Positions 12,401 to 20,798 of a DNA stretch of 61,300 bases are shown one piece after another. A program made the position numbers and the translations under genes. The notes under the pieces were generated by a model. That model was not told where the DNA came from and made no database searches. It saw nothing but the letters and a program-made list of their open reading frames with translations. This stretch comes from an uncultured virus (IMG/VR IMGVR_UViG_3300020183_000017) (lineage: Duplodnaviria > Heunggongvirae > Uroviricota > Caudoviricetes), in the IMG/VR virus record IMGVR_UViG_3300020183_000017; one strand, 5' to 3'. Position 1 is the first letter of the stretch. Each line of letters begins with the position of its first letter.

Positions 12401-12732
12401 ATTGGAAACGAGTAACATCTCCTTCGCTAAGTCAGGTTGTATACCATAACATTTCTGACACGATCGACCAAGGTTCTGTTATCTTCTCTTTCCGTGTTCC
12501 ACCTGGAAACCAGTTTACAACACCAAACAACAGAGGTCAGGCTCTGACTTCTATTGACTTGCGTGAAATTGCAACTCTAGGTAATGCGATTATGGGTGGT
12601 AACGGTGTCTTCCCTGATGGTCCAGATGTTCTAACTCTACGTCTAAAATACATCGGTCTTGCATCTGATGTTACAGCTGCAGCTACATTCGTGGCATCTT
12701 GCCGTCTATCTTGGACTGAATCACAAGCGTAA
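3403..12732 (+). CDS. Giant (3109 aa) repeat-containing virion structural/adhesin protein
   Basis: Single uninterrupted ORF with SD GGAG. Many 'HG(F/L)xxGxx(V/I)' beta modules, Thr/Ala/Gly-rich, immediately upstream of gp13. Confidence 0.75.
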   Translation: MSLDVLKANRIAGSVTIEPNETIYDPVSKMRVSEPSNLIDTDFEYGLQSSKWETLELINNIPTFFARDGSLSLNIVTMTAVSGSNIIAVTTSEEHGLVVGNSIIVKGASLQFADGTYVVLTTPTATSFTYRARRTSPITGSVREDVTEIYLASLYQGTEFKLESLGAIATNGANPSVVTVTTNGPHGFANGTTFILLNSLTSQQISFDAGLVTSLIYTEIQSIIRTDDVVVADNNNHIDKAFVTFGTAGISDPGTLGMTLVVDGDATTGNLGIDDDVFRILLPDSIPFKIFDQSFDRVWISTNSTVLFTNDLTIVGAGPSTGVSTNFVDNLYTPRINFLTGDYRLKKLYYSTTGTGVRIRFEGKEHQDPSTNTTIIWELFLDCENDTIEARLIKFDVITYTLSQLFFRINGANNEALNATFAGNVFLDASQGWKRQLFIRTTSSNQVVSSSNGYAENSLDLDNTSKFTPYTWTAEKFAFNPANASRPTLFFSLGKNAADLFEYQGINDTNYITSTRANVLTFAQPHYLVDNRPYLYNMGILNGGLTIGGAQITTPTVYYVRTKPGFYPGNTTTGSATLNQTGSTTSFSISGNVLTVNATVTGTAFDVGAYLSDSLGHVPVGTYITARGTGTGTTGTYTINRYLTISVIAGNTLTAQRNLVTVGSTTNMTPGMAIRFVPGTAVTPYLSTHIQGPTVTAGHFTVGQQYTIAALGTTTQAQWNTIAGTSSVTYAVGSTFTAATNGASSGTGTANGSLAGILGNTTYYVKDVLSTTQITISTTQTTNVNDSSATPMQFTNPVAMGTATVASFTAQIGTIITDSTTQCVLVTQTARRVALAVNFGVQAATSRFPSATDRFGPHSFMAAARVHDYQTATGTNFVQCLDTANSAIIDNQPMAVWTTAIGGTTAFTNNYTPSQLTNIVYARNPNSDSHTAQATLPFGASNGSNTAPGNANFSSYTGPNGEIDGAIATVAAAAQDAATISMTFDEGAFTTITGTTVTTNIITVSSTTGMKVGQLFEVDSSIGGLNAGILYYILSVASATTLTVSTTRGGAQVALSTTTGQRVSCYAYGPLPVVKTNVMSNFLGATNVTTIATNTTAGTNRLTLHTTQGIAVNQPFTVNAAFGNIVSGTTYFVRSIVSSTEITLSATQGGTEFVLTTASNAGALFTGTPLRNTPKGHQVLLRNNDGVFQAYEVSPFGEFPTPASSFRCNGIITNHTGTTTRTLTIKLKNPLNNALLVQTNNVGFDMYGSVSSDTLTFNLSTTVSGSNLTLTGTAVDGYVVPINYTQPWSSGRTWYSKSHGFQNGDLVFWEGSAGTQATAVPTGLTNKAYFIVDSATTDRFKLLSDAGTAIAVTTAAGANLDTSNVYADKTLVNTDTTFDTAYWNWKTSAVASAGTSMTVTYLSASYSTIANIVVPTITAGANTFTFTSAARVAGGGGLGNVTHHGGLIKFFDANNQPLKMGTPWGPSQTLTLNTKIFHNNNLYNVSTAGTTSTTTAPSHTAGTVSNGSADLTYIGDCRFNAYDIRVAGVSGTAPALSVVVFVMTPGGLPGTFSTISTAKVVVDTGHGVRDEDNISIGTSWLQDVFIHNKDNTNFPMVGSQITDYYEHTKIPSTTLKKGSITAITAAESNSITYTFPANTVSIASVRRDNNVATVTTAIPHGFKIGTQVAVASVTDATFNNTTAAILNTTFNTFTYANPGTNGAVSTNGTASQLIPALNPQILAITAFTSNSTAVATTAAHNVPVGAIVPIHFQGFANAASAWYGLWDGKIYYAKSATTTTLEIYKDAEGTEPFNTAAFAAYNNGTDVGRIYFLGAKLSFTGNNHYFTRRAGNTAGDTLFKQAHGFNDGTAVTYATGGGVEIGGLPSGSTKFVFNSTVDRFQLTDTATGWDAAAISFTQNTTNLAIATGVITTPTHGFTTGKLVQYLSTTPATGLTNGAFYYVRADSATTCTLYWTLAGALGAIADDRVKFVGTLTGTGSLRQASIVDITAEGTGTTHTLTTAVTTGSVDGLYTVADNAPGGDSSKFTLSNANNAVIPKRILGISPQTNVDLYWNAIFSAGHKLITGTPVVYTCVGTAMGPLVSGTTYFIIKVTEDWFRLAASVNDAVNPIVIPINLNSGNILGSGTHQFEASSVVGSIVGAGTIALAAGTSKVVGNGTNFSTAFKAGDNFYWNYPAVYTAKTTTFVSSTFTSAAHGMLTGMSVRWNSTVSAPTGLVNNGIYYVRWAAVGDFNLAPTYNDAVNGTNLIVASGGSGVHTVSLIEPGNTGVSLIYTVNSRTVLNLVDTIPINEQYKLPVTLVSLTSASADITVSFPMPCPFPAGSVIVLTGTGNTTQIDNIPLIVKTNAGSNSTSIVVTMQSNAASTTTFPATTTANTVHGIFCHGFPATNTYDITSSLLLRADSSALHRPYDGGVELISTDSPFARVIRQTRKYFRYQSGKGIQVSFAINFSPSVPINTITGNSNYYATVTTRIPHRCTAGLVINISGDTSSVYSGNYTIYDIIDDYAFRITLGSPSSAVSSGRPQFHVTSWSNATVRCGLFDDQNGMFFEFDGSQLYVCRRNSIVQLGGTASVAFNGNLIVGSDTQYSTELASGDYVVIRGQTYKVIQVPNATSFYIQPSYRGSTASNVVISKTQEIRIPQSQWNLDVCDGTGPTGYVLDKYKIQMAYMDYSWYGAGKVRFGFKTTDGVVRYVHQIVHNNQFVEAYLRSGNLPARYEVETGASPTFIPKLAHWGTSVIMDGGFDDDKAYLFSSTSNQIRTSSGISGNISVTGGTQASASLTFKANQLVIGRSYTISSSGNTNWTLYGAANSTVGTSFVATAVASTALGAGTGTVFELGKWYAYNSGGKLIGEIGFAIEVPTHSDTLFSIGANSPISGTGIVAGTLTANPTNSAVGSQPYLRQVRVSPTTTITKNLLVVNARPSSIQPTSTVYTVAQAVDLTKTIPLLSLRLAPSVDNGIPGLLGNREVINRMQLNLKALDVLSTHEVEVSLVLNADLDNLDWKRVTSPSLSQVVYHNISDTIDQGSVIFSFRVPPGNQFTTPNNRGQALTSIDLREIATLGNAIMGGNGVFPDGPDVLTLRLKYIGLASDVTAAATFVASCRLSWTESQA

Positions 12733-12741
12733 GGAAACTCT

Positions 12742-13488
12742 ATGCCAGTCGCAACAAGAGAACAATTAAAAGAGTATTGTTTAAGAGAACTGGGTGCTCC
12801 AGTTCTCGAGATAAACGTAGACGAAGATCAGCTTGAAGATCGTATTGACGATGCTCTAGAAAAATTTAAAATATACCATCACGAAGGCACTGAAAAATTT
12901 TATCTAAAACATCAGATTACTGAAACAGATAAAACAAACAAGTATATTCCTATACCAGATGCCGTATATGGTGTTACTAGAGTTTTCCCAACAGGAGGCT
13001 CTGGCGCATCAGGATCTAGTCGTAATATGTTTGATATGCAATATCAACTACGATTACATGATCTATACGACTTAACAAGCACTTCTATTATCTACTACGA
13101 AATGGTAAGAGGTCATCTTGCTTTGTTAGATATGATTCTCAATGGGCATACGCTCTATCGTTTCAACAGACTTCAAAATAGATTACATCTAGATATTAAC
13201 TGGGAAAGCGATGTATCAGTTGGTGAGTATGTTTTAGTTGAGTGTTATCGTGCTTTAGATCCATCAACATTCCCACGAGTTTTTAATGAGCCATGGTTAA
13301 AGCATTTTACAACTGCATTGTTTAAGAGACAATGGGGGACTAACCTTAAAAAGTTTCAAGGTCTTCAACTTCCAGGTGGTGTTGTAATTGATGGTGATAA
13401 ACTATATCAAGAAGCAGTGCAAGAAATGAAAGAATTAGAGGACGATCTAATTAACAAATCTGCTCCGCTGGAGTTCTTCCTAGGATAA
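12742..13488 (+). CDS. gp13: Neck protein gp13
   Basis: 'LKEYCLRELGAPVLEINVDEDQLEDRIDDAL' and 'KRQWGTNLKKFQGLQLPGGVVIDG' motifs; synteny. Confidence 0.95.
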   Translation: MPVATREQLKEYCLRELGAPVLEINVDEDQLEDRIDDALEKFKIYHHEGTEKFYLKHQITETDKTNKYIPIPDAVYGVTRVFPTGGSGASGSSRNMFDMQYQLRLHDLYDLTSTSIIYYEMVRGHLALLDMILNGHTLYRFNRLQNRLHLDINWESDVSVGEYVLVECYRALDPSTFPRVFNEPWLKHFTTALFKRQWGTNLKKFQGLQLPGGVVIDGDKLYQEAVQEMKELEDDLINKSAPLEFFLG

Positions 13489-13490
13489 TA

Positions 13491-14204
13491 ATGGCAAGAA
13501 ATGTTTATTTTAGTCATGGAACAAAGAACGAACAGTATCTTATTGAAGACTTAATTGTTGAGTCCCTGTCTATTTACGGACAGGAGATGTTCTACATTCC
13601 TAGAAAATTAGTAGGTAAAGATGAGATTTTAGGAGAAGATCGTTTAAGCCAGTTTCTAGACGCTTATCCAATCGAAATGTATTTCGAGAACGTAACTGAC
13701 TACGGTGGTCAGGGTTCTTTTATTCAGAAGTTCGGTTTATTTAATGAATCATCTGCAACATTTACGGTATCAAGACGCAGATGGGATCAGTTGGTTGGTA
13801 GGTTTGGGCAAACCATTATTCCTACTAGACCAGCCGAAGGCGACCTACTATATTTTCCTCTAACAAAAGGTTTATTCGAGGTTAAGTATGTAGATCACCT
13901 TGATCCATTTTTCCAGCTTGGTAAACTTTACATATATAAGTTACAAGTTGAATTGTTCCAGTATGCTTCAGAAACTATCCAGACTGGCATACCAGATATC
14001 GATGTATTCGAAGAACTGAAGTCTTACGGAGAATATGGGTTACTATTAGAAACTGGCGACTTAATGCTTGCAGAAAACGGCAAGCAACTCGGTGGTGGAT
14101 ATGGAACTGATGAGGTTACTTCATTTGGTGATAATGAAAAGTTTAGAAAAGAAGCAAGAAATATTTTCTTTACAGAAGATAATCCGTTCGGGGATGTATT
14201 GTAA
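13491..14204 (+). CDS. gp14: Neck protein gp14
   Basis: 'EQYLIEDLIVESLSIYG', 'RPAEGDLLYFP', 'PFFQLGK', 'NPFGDV'; synteny. Confidence 0.95.
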   Translation: MARNVYFSHGTKNEQYLIEDLIVESLSIYGQEMFYIPRKLVGKDEILGEDRLSQFLDAYPIEMYFENVTDYGGQGSFIQKFGLFNESSATFTVSRRRWDQLVGRFGQTIIPTRPAEGDLLYFPLTKGLFEVKYVDHLDPFFQLGKLYIYKLQVELFQYASETIQTGIPDIDVFEELKSYGEYGLLLETGDLMLAENGKQLGGGYGTDEVTSFGDNEKFRKEARNIFFTEDNPFGDVL

Positions 14205-14953
14205 TGCTAAAAGGTCAAACATTCTATCATGGTGTTCTTAGAAAGACTATTGTTGCTTTTGGTAGTCTTTTCAGCAATATCAAGATTGAGAGAAAACTTA
14301 AAAGCGATGTTCCAGAACAGGGAAATGCAGGAGACACTATTCAGACAGTTGATGTACCTATTGCATATGCGCCTAAAGAGAAATGGATTGTTCGTGTTGA
14401 TTCAGACCCAACACTAGAAAATCAAGTATATACAACTTTACCTAGATTGTCATTTGAAATTGTTAATATCGGATACGATGCGAGCAGAAAAGTAAATAGA
14501 ATGAATAAACTGGTATGCGTAAAGAGTGATGGTGAAAGAGATCAGATGTTCTCGCCAGTTCCGTATAATATTGATATTTCATTATATGCTATTTCTAAAA
14601 CACAAGAAGATTGTTTACAAATAGTTGAACAGATATTACCATATTTTACTCCAGAATTTACTTTGTCTTTAAATGTAGTTCCTGAAATGAATGTCGTTCA
14701 GGATATTCCTATTATATTAAACAGCGTAAGTGTTCAAGATGATTATGATGGAGATTTTCAGACTAGAAGATTTGTTACTTATACAATGACATTTACATTA
14801 AAGGTCAATCTGTTTGGACCAGTTTCTAAAAACGGTATTGTCAACTCAGTTACTGCTTCTATCTTACAAACTAATCAGTTTGATATTGAAACGTCAACAT
14901 TCACAGCTAATCAGCCAACACCATCTTCTACAATTATTGAAGGCTGGGAATAA
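14204..14953 (+). CDS. gp15: Tail sheath stabiliser/terminator gp15
   Basis: 'FYHGVLRKTIVAFGSLFSNI', 'VPIAYAPKEKW', 'LPRLSFE', 'QIVEQILPYFTP'. Confidence 0.95.
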   Translation: MLKGQTFYHGVLRKTIVAFGSLFSNIKIERKLKSDVPEQGNAGDTIQTVDVPIAYAPKEKWIVRVDSDPTLENQVYTTLPRLSFEIVNIGYDASRKVNRMNKLVCVKSDGERDQMFSPVPYNIDISLYAISKTQEDCLQIVEQILPYFTPEFTLSLNVVPEMNVVQDIPIILNSVSVQDDYDGDFQTRRFVTYTMTFTLKVNLFGPVSKNGIVNSVTASILQTNQFDIETSTFTANQPTPSSTIIEGWE

Positions 14954-16533
14954 TGAAAACTTATAATGCTAATGCAAATTTAAAAGCAGTAGGAGTTCCT
15001 GTTGACTGGACAGAAGAAACTATTAGAGAGTATATGAAGTGCAAAGAAGATCCTGTATACTTTATTGATACCTATTGCTACATCGTTACTCTTGATCATG
15101 GTCTTCAACATTTTAAGTTATATGACTGTCAGAAAAAGAAAGTAAGAACAATCCACGATAATCGTAAAGTAATTATTATGGAAGGTCGTCAGCAAGGTAA
15201 GACTACAACTGCAGCGGGGTATATCCTTTGGTATACTATTTTTAATGACAATAAGAATGTCGCTATTCTTGCAAATAAAGCAGCAACATCAAGAGAAATT
15301 CTTTCACGTTATCAGTTAATGTATGAGTATCTCCCTTTATGGATGCAACAAGGTGTTAAGACTTGGAATAAAGGTGACGTAGAACTAGAGAACGGATCAA
15401 AGGTTTTTACTGCAGCTACCACAGCTTCTGGTATTCGTTCTAAATCTGTTAATATGCTTTACATTGACGAAGCAGCGATTATTCCTAATCAGATTGCAGA
15501 ACAGTTCTTTACCTCTATCTATCCTACAATTTCTGCTGGTACATCTACTAAAATTCTTATCACTTCAACTCCGCTTGGATACAATCACTTCTGGAAATTC
15601 TGGAATGACGCTGAGCAAAAGTTCAACGATTTCGTTCCTCTGTTTATTCCTTATTGGGAAATCCCAGGCAGAGATGAAAAGTGGGCACAGGAGCAGCGTC
15701 GTCAACTTGGCGACCTTAAATATAACCAAGAGGTTCTATGTAAATTCCTTGGTTCTTCTCTCACCCTCATTAACTCAGATGTTATTGCACAGATGTCTCC
15801 AACAAGACCTATTTACAGCAACGAAGGTCTTGATATCTACATTAAGCCAGAGAAAGACCACAGTTATGTGCTAATTGCAGACACGTCACAGGGTTTAGAC
15901 GGAGACTACAGCGCATTTACGATTATAGACATTACAACTACCCCATATTTCATAAACGCTAAATATAGAAATAACAAGGTAAGCCCTCTGTTATATCCGA
16001 ACATTATAGAAAAATTAGCAAAACAATACAATGACGCATATGTCTTAGTTGAGGTCAACTCTGACCCACAAGTTGCTGATATTCTTTATAGTGAGTTAGA
16101 ATATGAAAATATGCTGTTTGTTAATAAAGGCTCTCAAGGACAAACAGTTAATGGTGGGTTTGGTAGTGGAAGAACTAGGTATGGGGTTGTGACTGATAAG
16201 AAAGTTAAACGAATCGGTTGTTCTATTTTAAAGAGCTTTATCGAGGAGAAAAAACTTATTATAACTGATGCTGATATTATATCTGAAATATCTACATTTA
16301 TTGAGAAAAGAAATTCCTTTGCAGCAGACGATGGGTACTATGACGATCTAGTTATGACATTAGTTCTTTTCTCTTGGTTAACTACTAACCCATATTTTAA
16401 AGATTTAAATAATCTAAATTTGAGAAAACTGATTTACGAAAAACAATTAAAGGCAATTGAAGACGAATTAACCCCATTTGGATTTTTTGATGATGGAACT
16501 CCAGATGAGGAAAAACCTTTGTATAACTTCTGA
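14953..16533 (+). CDS. gp17: Terminase large subunit gp17
   Basis: Walker A 'GRQQGKTT', Walker B 'LYIDEAA', 'ITSTPLGYNHF', nuclease-domain 'DDLVMTL'. Confidence 0.97.
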   Translation: MKTYNANANLKAVGVPVDWTEETIREYMKCKEDPVYFIDTYCYIVTLDHGLQHFKLYDCQKKKVRTIHDNRKVIIMEGRQQGKTTTAAGYILWYTIFNDNKNVAILANKAATSREILSRYQLMYEYLPLWMQQGVKTWNKGDVELENGSKVFTAATTASGIRSKSVNMLYIDEAAIIPNQIAEQFFTSIYPTISAGTSTKILITSTPLGYNHFWKFWNDAEQKFNDFVPLFIPYWEIPGRDEKWAQEQRRQLGDLKYNQEVLCKFLGSSLTLINSDVIAQMSPTRPIYSNEGLDIYIKPEKDHSYVLIADTSQGLDGDYSAFTIIDITTTPYFINAKYRNNKVSPLLYPNIIEKLAKQYNDAYVLVEVNSDPQVADILYSELEYENMLFVNKGSQGQTVNGGFGSGRTRYGVVTDKKVKRIGCSILKSFIEEKKLIITDADIISEISTFIEKRNSFAADDGYYDDLVMTLVLFSWLTTNPYFKDLNNLNLRKLIYEKQLKAIEDELTPFGFFDDGTPDEEKPLYNF

Positions 16534-16545
16534 AATATGGGTTTT

Positions 16546-16553
16546 AATAAATA
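16546..16553 (+). promoter_or_regulatory. Late promoter variant (gp18)
   Basis: Intergenic AATAAATA. Similar nnTAAATA boxes occur at 1313, 3367, 18567, 40028, 40957 and 54213. Confidence 0.65.
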
Positions 16554-16618
16554 ACCCTATGAAGTTTGTGCTCTTCAAAGCAAAAGAATAACATGTAAAT
16601 GTAATAAGGAGAATTACA

Positions 16619-18571
16619 ATGCCTTTCCAACTTAGTCCAGGAGTTTCAGTTGTAGAGAAAGATTTCTCTTCAATTGTCCCAGCAGTTTCTACTTCTGCAG
16701 GCGCATTCGCTGGTTCATTCCAGTGGGGTCCAGTGCTAGACCCTGTTCAAGTTTCCTCAGAAAACATCTTAACAGATCGTTTTGGAAAACCAACAGATGC
16801 AAACTGGCAGTCATTTTTAGTAGCTGCCAATTTCTTATCATACGCAAATAATTTATTAACAGTTCGTATTGATGCTCCTGCTGCAAGAAACGCAGTAGCT
16901 ATCAAAACTGGATCTGTAAGTTTAGCGGTCGCTCAAGGTGGCTCTGGTTATGCTAGTGCTCCAATCATAAGCATTGCAGAACCACAAATTTATGGTGGTA
17001 TACAAGCTACAGCAACTGCAACTGTTACTGAAGGTGTTGTTACTGGAGTTACAGTAACAAATCCTGGAACTGGTTATAGCGAAGCACCAACAGTAACAGT
17101 TACTGGTGGTAACCCAACTACTGCTGCTACTTTAACAGTAACTGCAACAGTTGCTGGTATTAAAATTAAAAACACAGATCAATATCAGGCAGGATATGGA
17201 ACTGGCCAAGGTTTAGTTGGTAATTGGGCAGCAAAATACCCAGGAGCATTAGGTAACTCTATTACTGTTTCTATGGCTGACAGCGCAACATTTGCAAATT
17301 GGACATACAAAAATGAGTTCGATACAGCGCCAGGAACTTCTTCTTGGTCTGTAAGCAACGGAAAAACAGCTGCCCTTGACGAAATGCATATTATTGTTAT
17401 CGACTCTTTAGGTCAGTGGACTGGAGTTGCTGGTGCTACTCTGGAGAAATATGCTTATGTTTCTAAAGCTGATGGCGCAAAACGTGTTGATGGATCTAAT
17501 GCATATTATAAAGATGTAATGAACCAGAATTCAAAATATGTATGGTGGATGGATCACCCAACAGCTCTTGCTGCTGGCGCAGGAAGTGCTTGGGGCAGTC
17601 GTATTGAAACTATGACAGAAACAGCATTTAAGGCATTATCAACTGCTCAAACAACACCACTAAGTGGTGGTGTTGATGACTTTAGTGTAAGCGATGCTGC
17701 CCTACAAACTGGTTACGAGATCTTTAAGAATGATGAACTATATGATGTCTCTCTAATCCCAATTGGCGCTGCTTCTAGCTCTGTTGCAACTTGGGTTATT
17801 AACAATGTTGCAGAATTTAGAAAAGACTGTGTCGTGTTCGTCTCTCCGCAGCAGTCAAACGGTGATCCAATCACTCAACAAACTTCATCTTACATTGAGG
17901 CATTAGTTACTTACCGTAATGCTTTACCAAGCAGCAGTTACTCTGTCTGCGATTCTGGTTACAAATATCAATATGATCGCTATAATGACAAGTATCGCTA
18001 TGTTCCACTAAATGGTGATATCGCTGGTATCTGTGCAAGAACTGATTTTACAGCAGACCCTTGGTTCTCTCCAGGTGGTTTTAGTCGTGGTCAAGTTAAG
18101 AATGTTATTAAACTTGCAGTAACACCAAGTAAAACTGAACGTGATACTTTATATAAAGCAGGTATTAACCCAGTTGTAACATTCCCAGGACAAGGTACTG
18201 TTCTGTTTGGTGATAAGACAATGCAGTCTAAGCCAAGCGCATTTGATCGCATTAATGTTCGTCGCCTATTCATTACTCTTGAGAAATCTATCGCTACTGC
18301 AGCTAAGTTCCAGTTGTTCGAATTTAACGACGGCTTTACTCGTGCTCAGTTCCGTAATCTAGTTGAACCATTCCTACGTGACGTACAAGGTCGCCGTGGT
18401 ATTGTAGATTTCCGTGTTAAGTGTGACGATTCCAACAATACAGCTGAGGTTATTGATCGTAACGAGTTTGTTGCTGAGATCTTTATTAAACCAAATCGTT
18501 CTATCAACTTCATTACCCTAACTTTTGTAGCTGCTCGTTCAGCTGTAAACTTTGATGAAATTGGTGGATAA
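16619..18571 (+). CDS. gp18: Tail sheath protein gp18
   Basis: 'LSPGVSVVEKD', 'FQWGP', 'PWFSPGG', 'FDRINVRRLF', 'IKPNRSINFITL'. Confidence 0.97.
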   Translation: MPFQLSPGVSVVEKDFSSIVPAVSTSAGAFAGSFQWGPVLDPVQVSSENILTDRFGKPTDANWQSFLVAANFLSYANNLLTVRIDAPAARNAVAIKTGSVSLAVAQGGSGYASAPIISIAEPQIYGGIQATATATVTEGVVTGVTVTNPGTGYSEAPTVTVTGGNPTTAATLTVTATVAGIKIKNTDQYQAGYGTGQGLVGNWAAKYPGALGNSITVSMADSATFANWTYKNEFDTAPGTSSWSVSNGKTAALDEMHIIVIDSLGQWTGVAGATLEKYAYVSKADGAKRVDGSNAYYKDVMNQNSKYVWWMDHPTALAAGAGSAWGSRIETMTETAFKALSTAQTTPLSGGVDDFSVSDAALQTGYEIFKNDELYDVSLIPIGAASSSVATWVINNVAEFRKDCVVFVSPQQSNGDPITQQTSSYIEALVTYRNALPSSSYSVCDSGYKYQYDRYNDKYRYVPLNGDIAGICARTDFTADPWFSPGGFSRGQVKNVIKLAVTPSKTERDTLYKAGINPVVTFPGQGTVLFGDKTMQSKPSAFDRINVRRLFITLEKSIATAAKFQLFEFNDGFTRAQFRNLVEPFLRDVQGRRGIVDFRVKCDDSNNTAEVIDRNEFVAEIFIKPNRSINFITLTFVAARSAVNFDEIGG

Positions 18572-18603
18572 ATAATATAAAGAAGTCACAACAGGAGATT
18601 TAA

Positions 18604-19197
18604 ATGGCAAATATTTCAGATTTTAAAGCGCAGCTAATTGGGGGCGGTGCTCGCGCTAACCAATTTAGAGTTCAGTTATCATTCCCATCATATGTTACTG
18701 CTGGAGTACTAGTAGGACAGCAAGCGCAGTTTATGTGCAAAGGCGCACAATTGCCAGCATCTACCATTGAAAACATTCCATTGAATTATCGTGGTCGTGT
18801 TGTCAACGTAGCTGGCGAACGTACCTTTACTCCATGGACAGTTACTATCCTTAACGATACTACATTTACAATTCGCAATGCGATGGAAGTTTGGGCTAAT
18901 GGTGTGCAGAATCTTGCAACAACCAATGGTAGAACTAATCCACGTGAATATCAAACTGACTTAACAGTTCATCAGCTAGATCGTAGCGGTGCTATTGTTA
19001 AGGCATATAGGTTTGTAGATGCGTATCCAATTACTATCGGCGCAATCGAATTAAGTTTTGATACAACTAACGCTGTTGAAGAATTTACAGTAGAGTTTCA
19101 ATATAATTACTGGACATCTAATACAGCAACAAGCAGTGGAATTGGAGTTAACGTATCTGTTGATACTCCGATTGGTTCGCTACCAATTCGTATTTAA
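18604..19197 (+). CDS. gp19: Tail tube protein gp19
   Basis: 'GGARANQFRV', 'AGERTFTPWTVTILND', 'EEFTVEFQYNYW'. Confidence 0.95.
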   Translation: MANISDFKAQLIGGGARANQFRVQLSFPSYVTAGVLVGQQAQFMCKGAQLPASTIENIPLNYRGRVVNVAGERTFTPWTVTILNDTTFTIRNAMEVWANGVQNLATTNGRTNPREYQTDLTVHQLDRSGAIVKAYRFVDAYPITIGAIELSFDTTNAVEEFTVEFQYNYWTSNTATSSGIGVNVSVDTPIGSLPIRI

Positions 19198-19220
19198 TTA
19201 TTCCTTAAGGATTTTATAGT

Positions 19221-20798
19221 ATGGCTGAGTTTTTTGGGTTTGAGATCAAGCGTAAAAAAGAGGAGAAGCAAGTACCTAGTGTAGTTGCTCCTGCTCTTGA
19301 TGATGGTGCAACGACTGTATCAAGTGCCGCTGCTTATTACAGCATGGTGCTTGATATGGATTCGATCATTAAGAACGAAAATGATCTTATCCGTCGCTAC
19401 CGTGAGATTGCTCAATACGCTGATGTTGATAGTGCTGTTGAAGATATTGTTAATGAGTCGATTGTAGCAGATGAAAATAAAATGTCAGTTGATATTGTTT
19501 TAGACGACTTAAAAGTATCAACTGGTGTTAAAACTAAAATAAGAGAAGAATTTTCAAATGTTCTTCAATTATTAGATTTTCAAACAAGATCTCATGATAT
19601 TTTTAAATCTTGGTATATTGATGGAAGATTATTCTATCACATTTTGATAGATCCAAACAAAGTTAAAGAAGGCATAGTCGAACTTCGTTATATTGACCCA
19701 AGAAAAATTCGTAAGGTTAAGAATATTAAGAAAGAAAGACAACCTAATGGTGTTGAGGTTGTCAAAGAAATTGAAGAATACTATATCTATAATGATAAGG
19801 GTATTACAGAAAATAATGTTCAGGGCGTAAAGTTGACCATAGATTCTGTTATCTATGCTCATTCTGGATTTTTAGATTCTAACACTGGTATGGTTTTAAG
19901 TTATTTGCATAAAGCAATTAAACCAACAAACCAGTTAAAGTTTATGGAAGATGCTCTGGTTATCTATCGTATTAGTAGAGCACCTGAGCGTAGAATTTTT
20001 TACATTGATGTAGGTAACTTGCCTAAGATTAGAGCAGAACAATACGTCAATGATATTATGAATAAATTTCGTAATAAAGTGCAGTATGATGCAAGCACTG
20101 GAGAAATCCGTGATGACAGAAAACATATGTCAATGCTTGAAGATTTTTGGATGCCTCGTCGTGAGGGTGGTAAGGGTACTGAAATTACCACACTACCTGG
20201 AGGTACCAACCTCGGAGAGATTCAAGATATTGAATATTTCCAGCGTAAACTATATCAAGCATTGAATGTTCCTGCTACAAGAATGCAGTCGGATAATGGC
20301 TTCAATCTTGGTAAAAGTAGTGAAATTACCAGAGATGAAGTTAAATTTAACAAATTTATTCAACGCATTCGTAAAAGATTTACAAGTTTATTCACTGACA
20401 CTTTAAGAATTCAGTTAGTTGCTAAAGGTATTATTCGTGATGATGAGTGGAAAGATATGCTTCCTCGTATTAAGTTTAATTACCATAAAGACAACTATTA
20501 TGCTGAACTAAAAGATTCTGAAATTCTAACAAATAGGATTAACCTATTAATGATGTTAGAGCAGAATCAAATGGTTGGTAAGTATTATTCTAAAGAGTGG
20601 GTTAAGAAAAATATTCTTAGACAATCTGAAAAAGAAATTGATGAAATTGAAAATCAGATTGAAAATGAAGAAGATGATCATCTCAATCATGCAGAGCGTA
20701 TGGGTATGATGGCTGGTATGCAACAAGGCATGCAACAACAAACTCAACAATCGTATATGCCTGATGAAGAGGAACAACAAACAGGAGAACAGAAATGA
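19221..20798 (+). CDS. gp20: Portal protein gp20
   Basis: 'YLHKAIKPTNQL...EDALVIYRISRAPERRIFYIDVGNLP', 'EDFWMPRREGGKGTEITTLPGG'. Confidence 0.98.
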   Translation: MAEFFGFEIKRKKEEKQVPSVVAPALDDGATTVSSAAAYYSMVLDMDSIIKNENDLIRRYREIAQYADVDSAVEDIVNESIVADENKMSVDIVLDDLKVSTGVKTKIREEFSNVLQLLDFQTRSHDIFKSWYIDGRLFYHILIDPNKVKEGIVELRYIDPRKIRKVKNIKKERQPNGVEVVKEIEEYYIYNDKGITENNVQGVKLTIDSVIYAHSGFLDSNTGMVLSYLHKAIKPTNQLKFMEDALVIYRISRAPERRIFYIDVGNLPKIRAEQYVNDIMNKFRNKVQYDASTGEIRDDRKHMSMLEDFWMPRREGGKGTEITTLPGGTNLGEIQDIEYFQRKLYQALNVPATRMQSDNGFNLGKSSEITRDEVKFNKFIQRIRKRFTSLFTDTLRIQLVAKGIIRDDEWKDMLPRIKFNYHKDNYYAELKDSEILTNRINLLMMLEQNQMVGKYYSKEWVKKNILRQSEKEIDEIENQIENEEDDHLNHAERMGMMAGMQQGMQQQTQQSYMPDEEEQQTGEQK

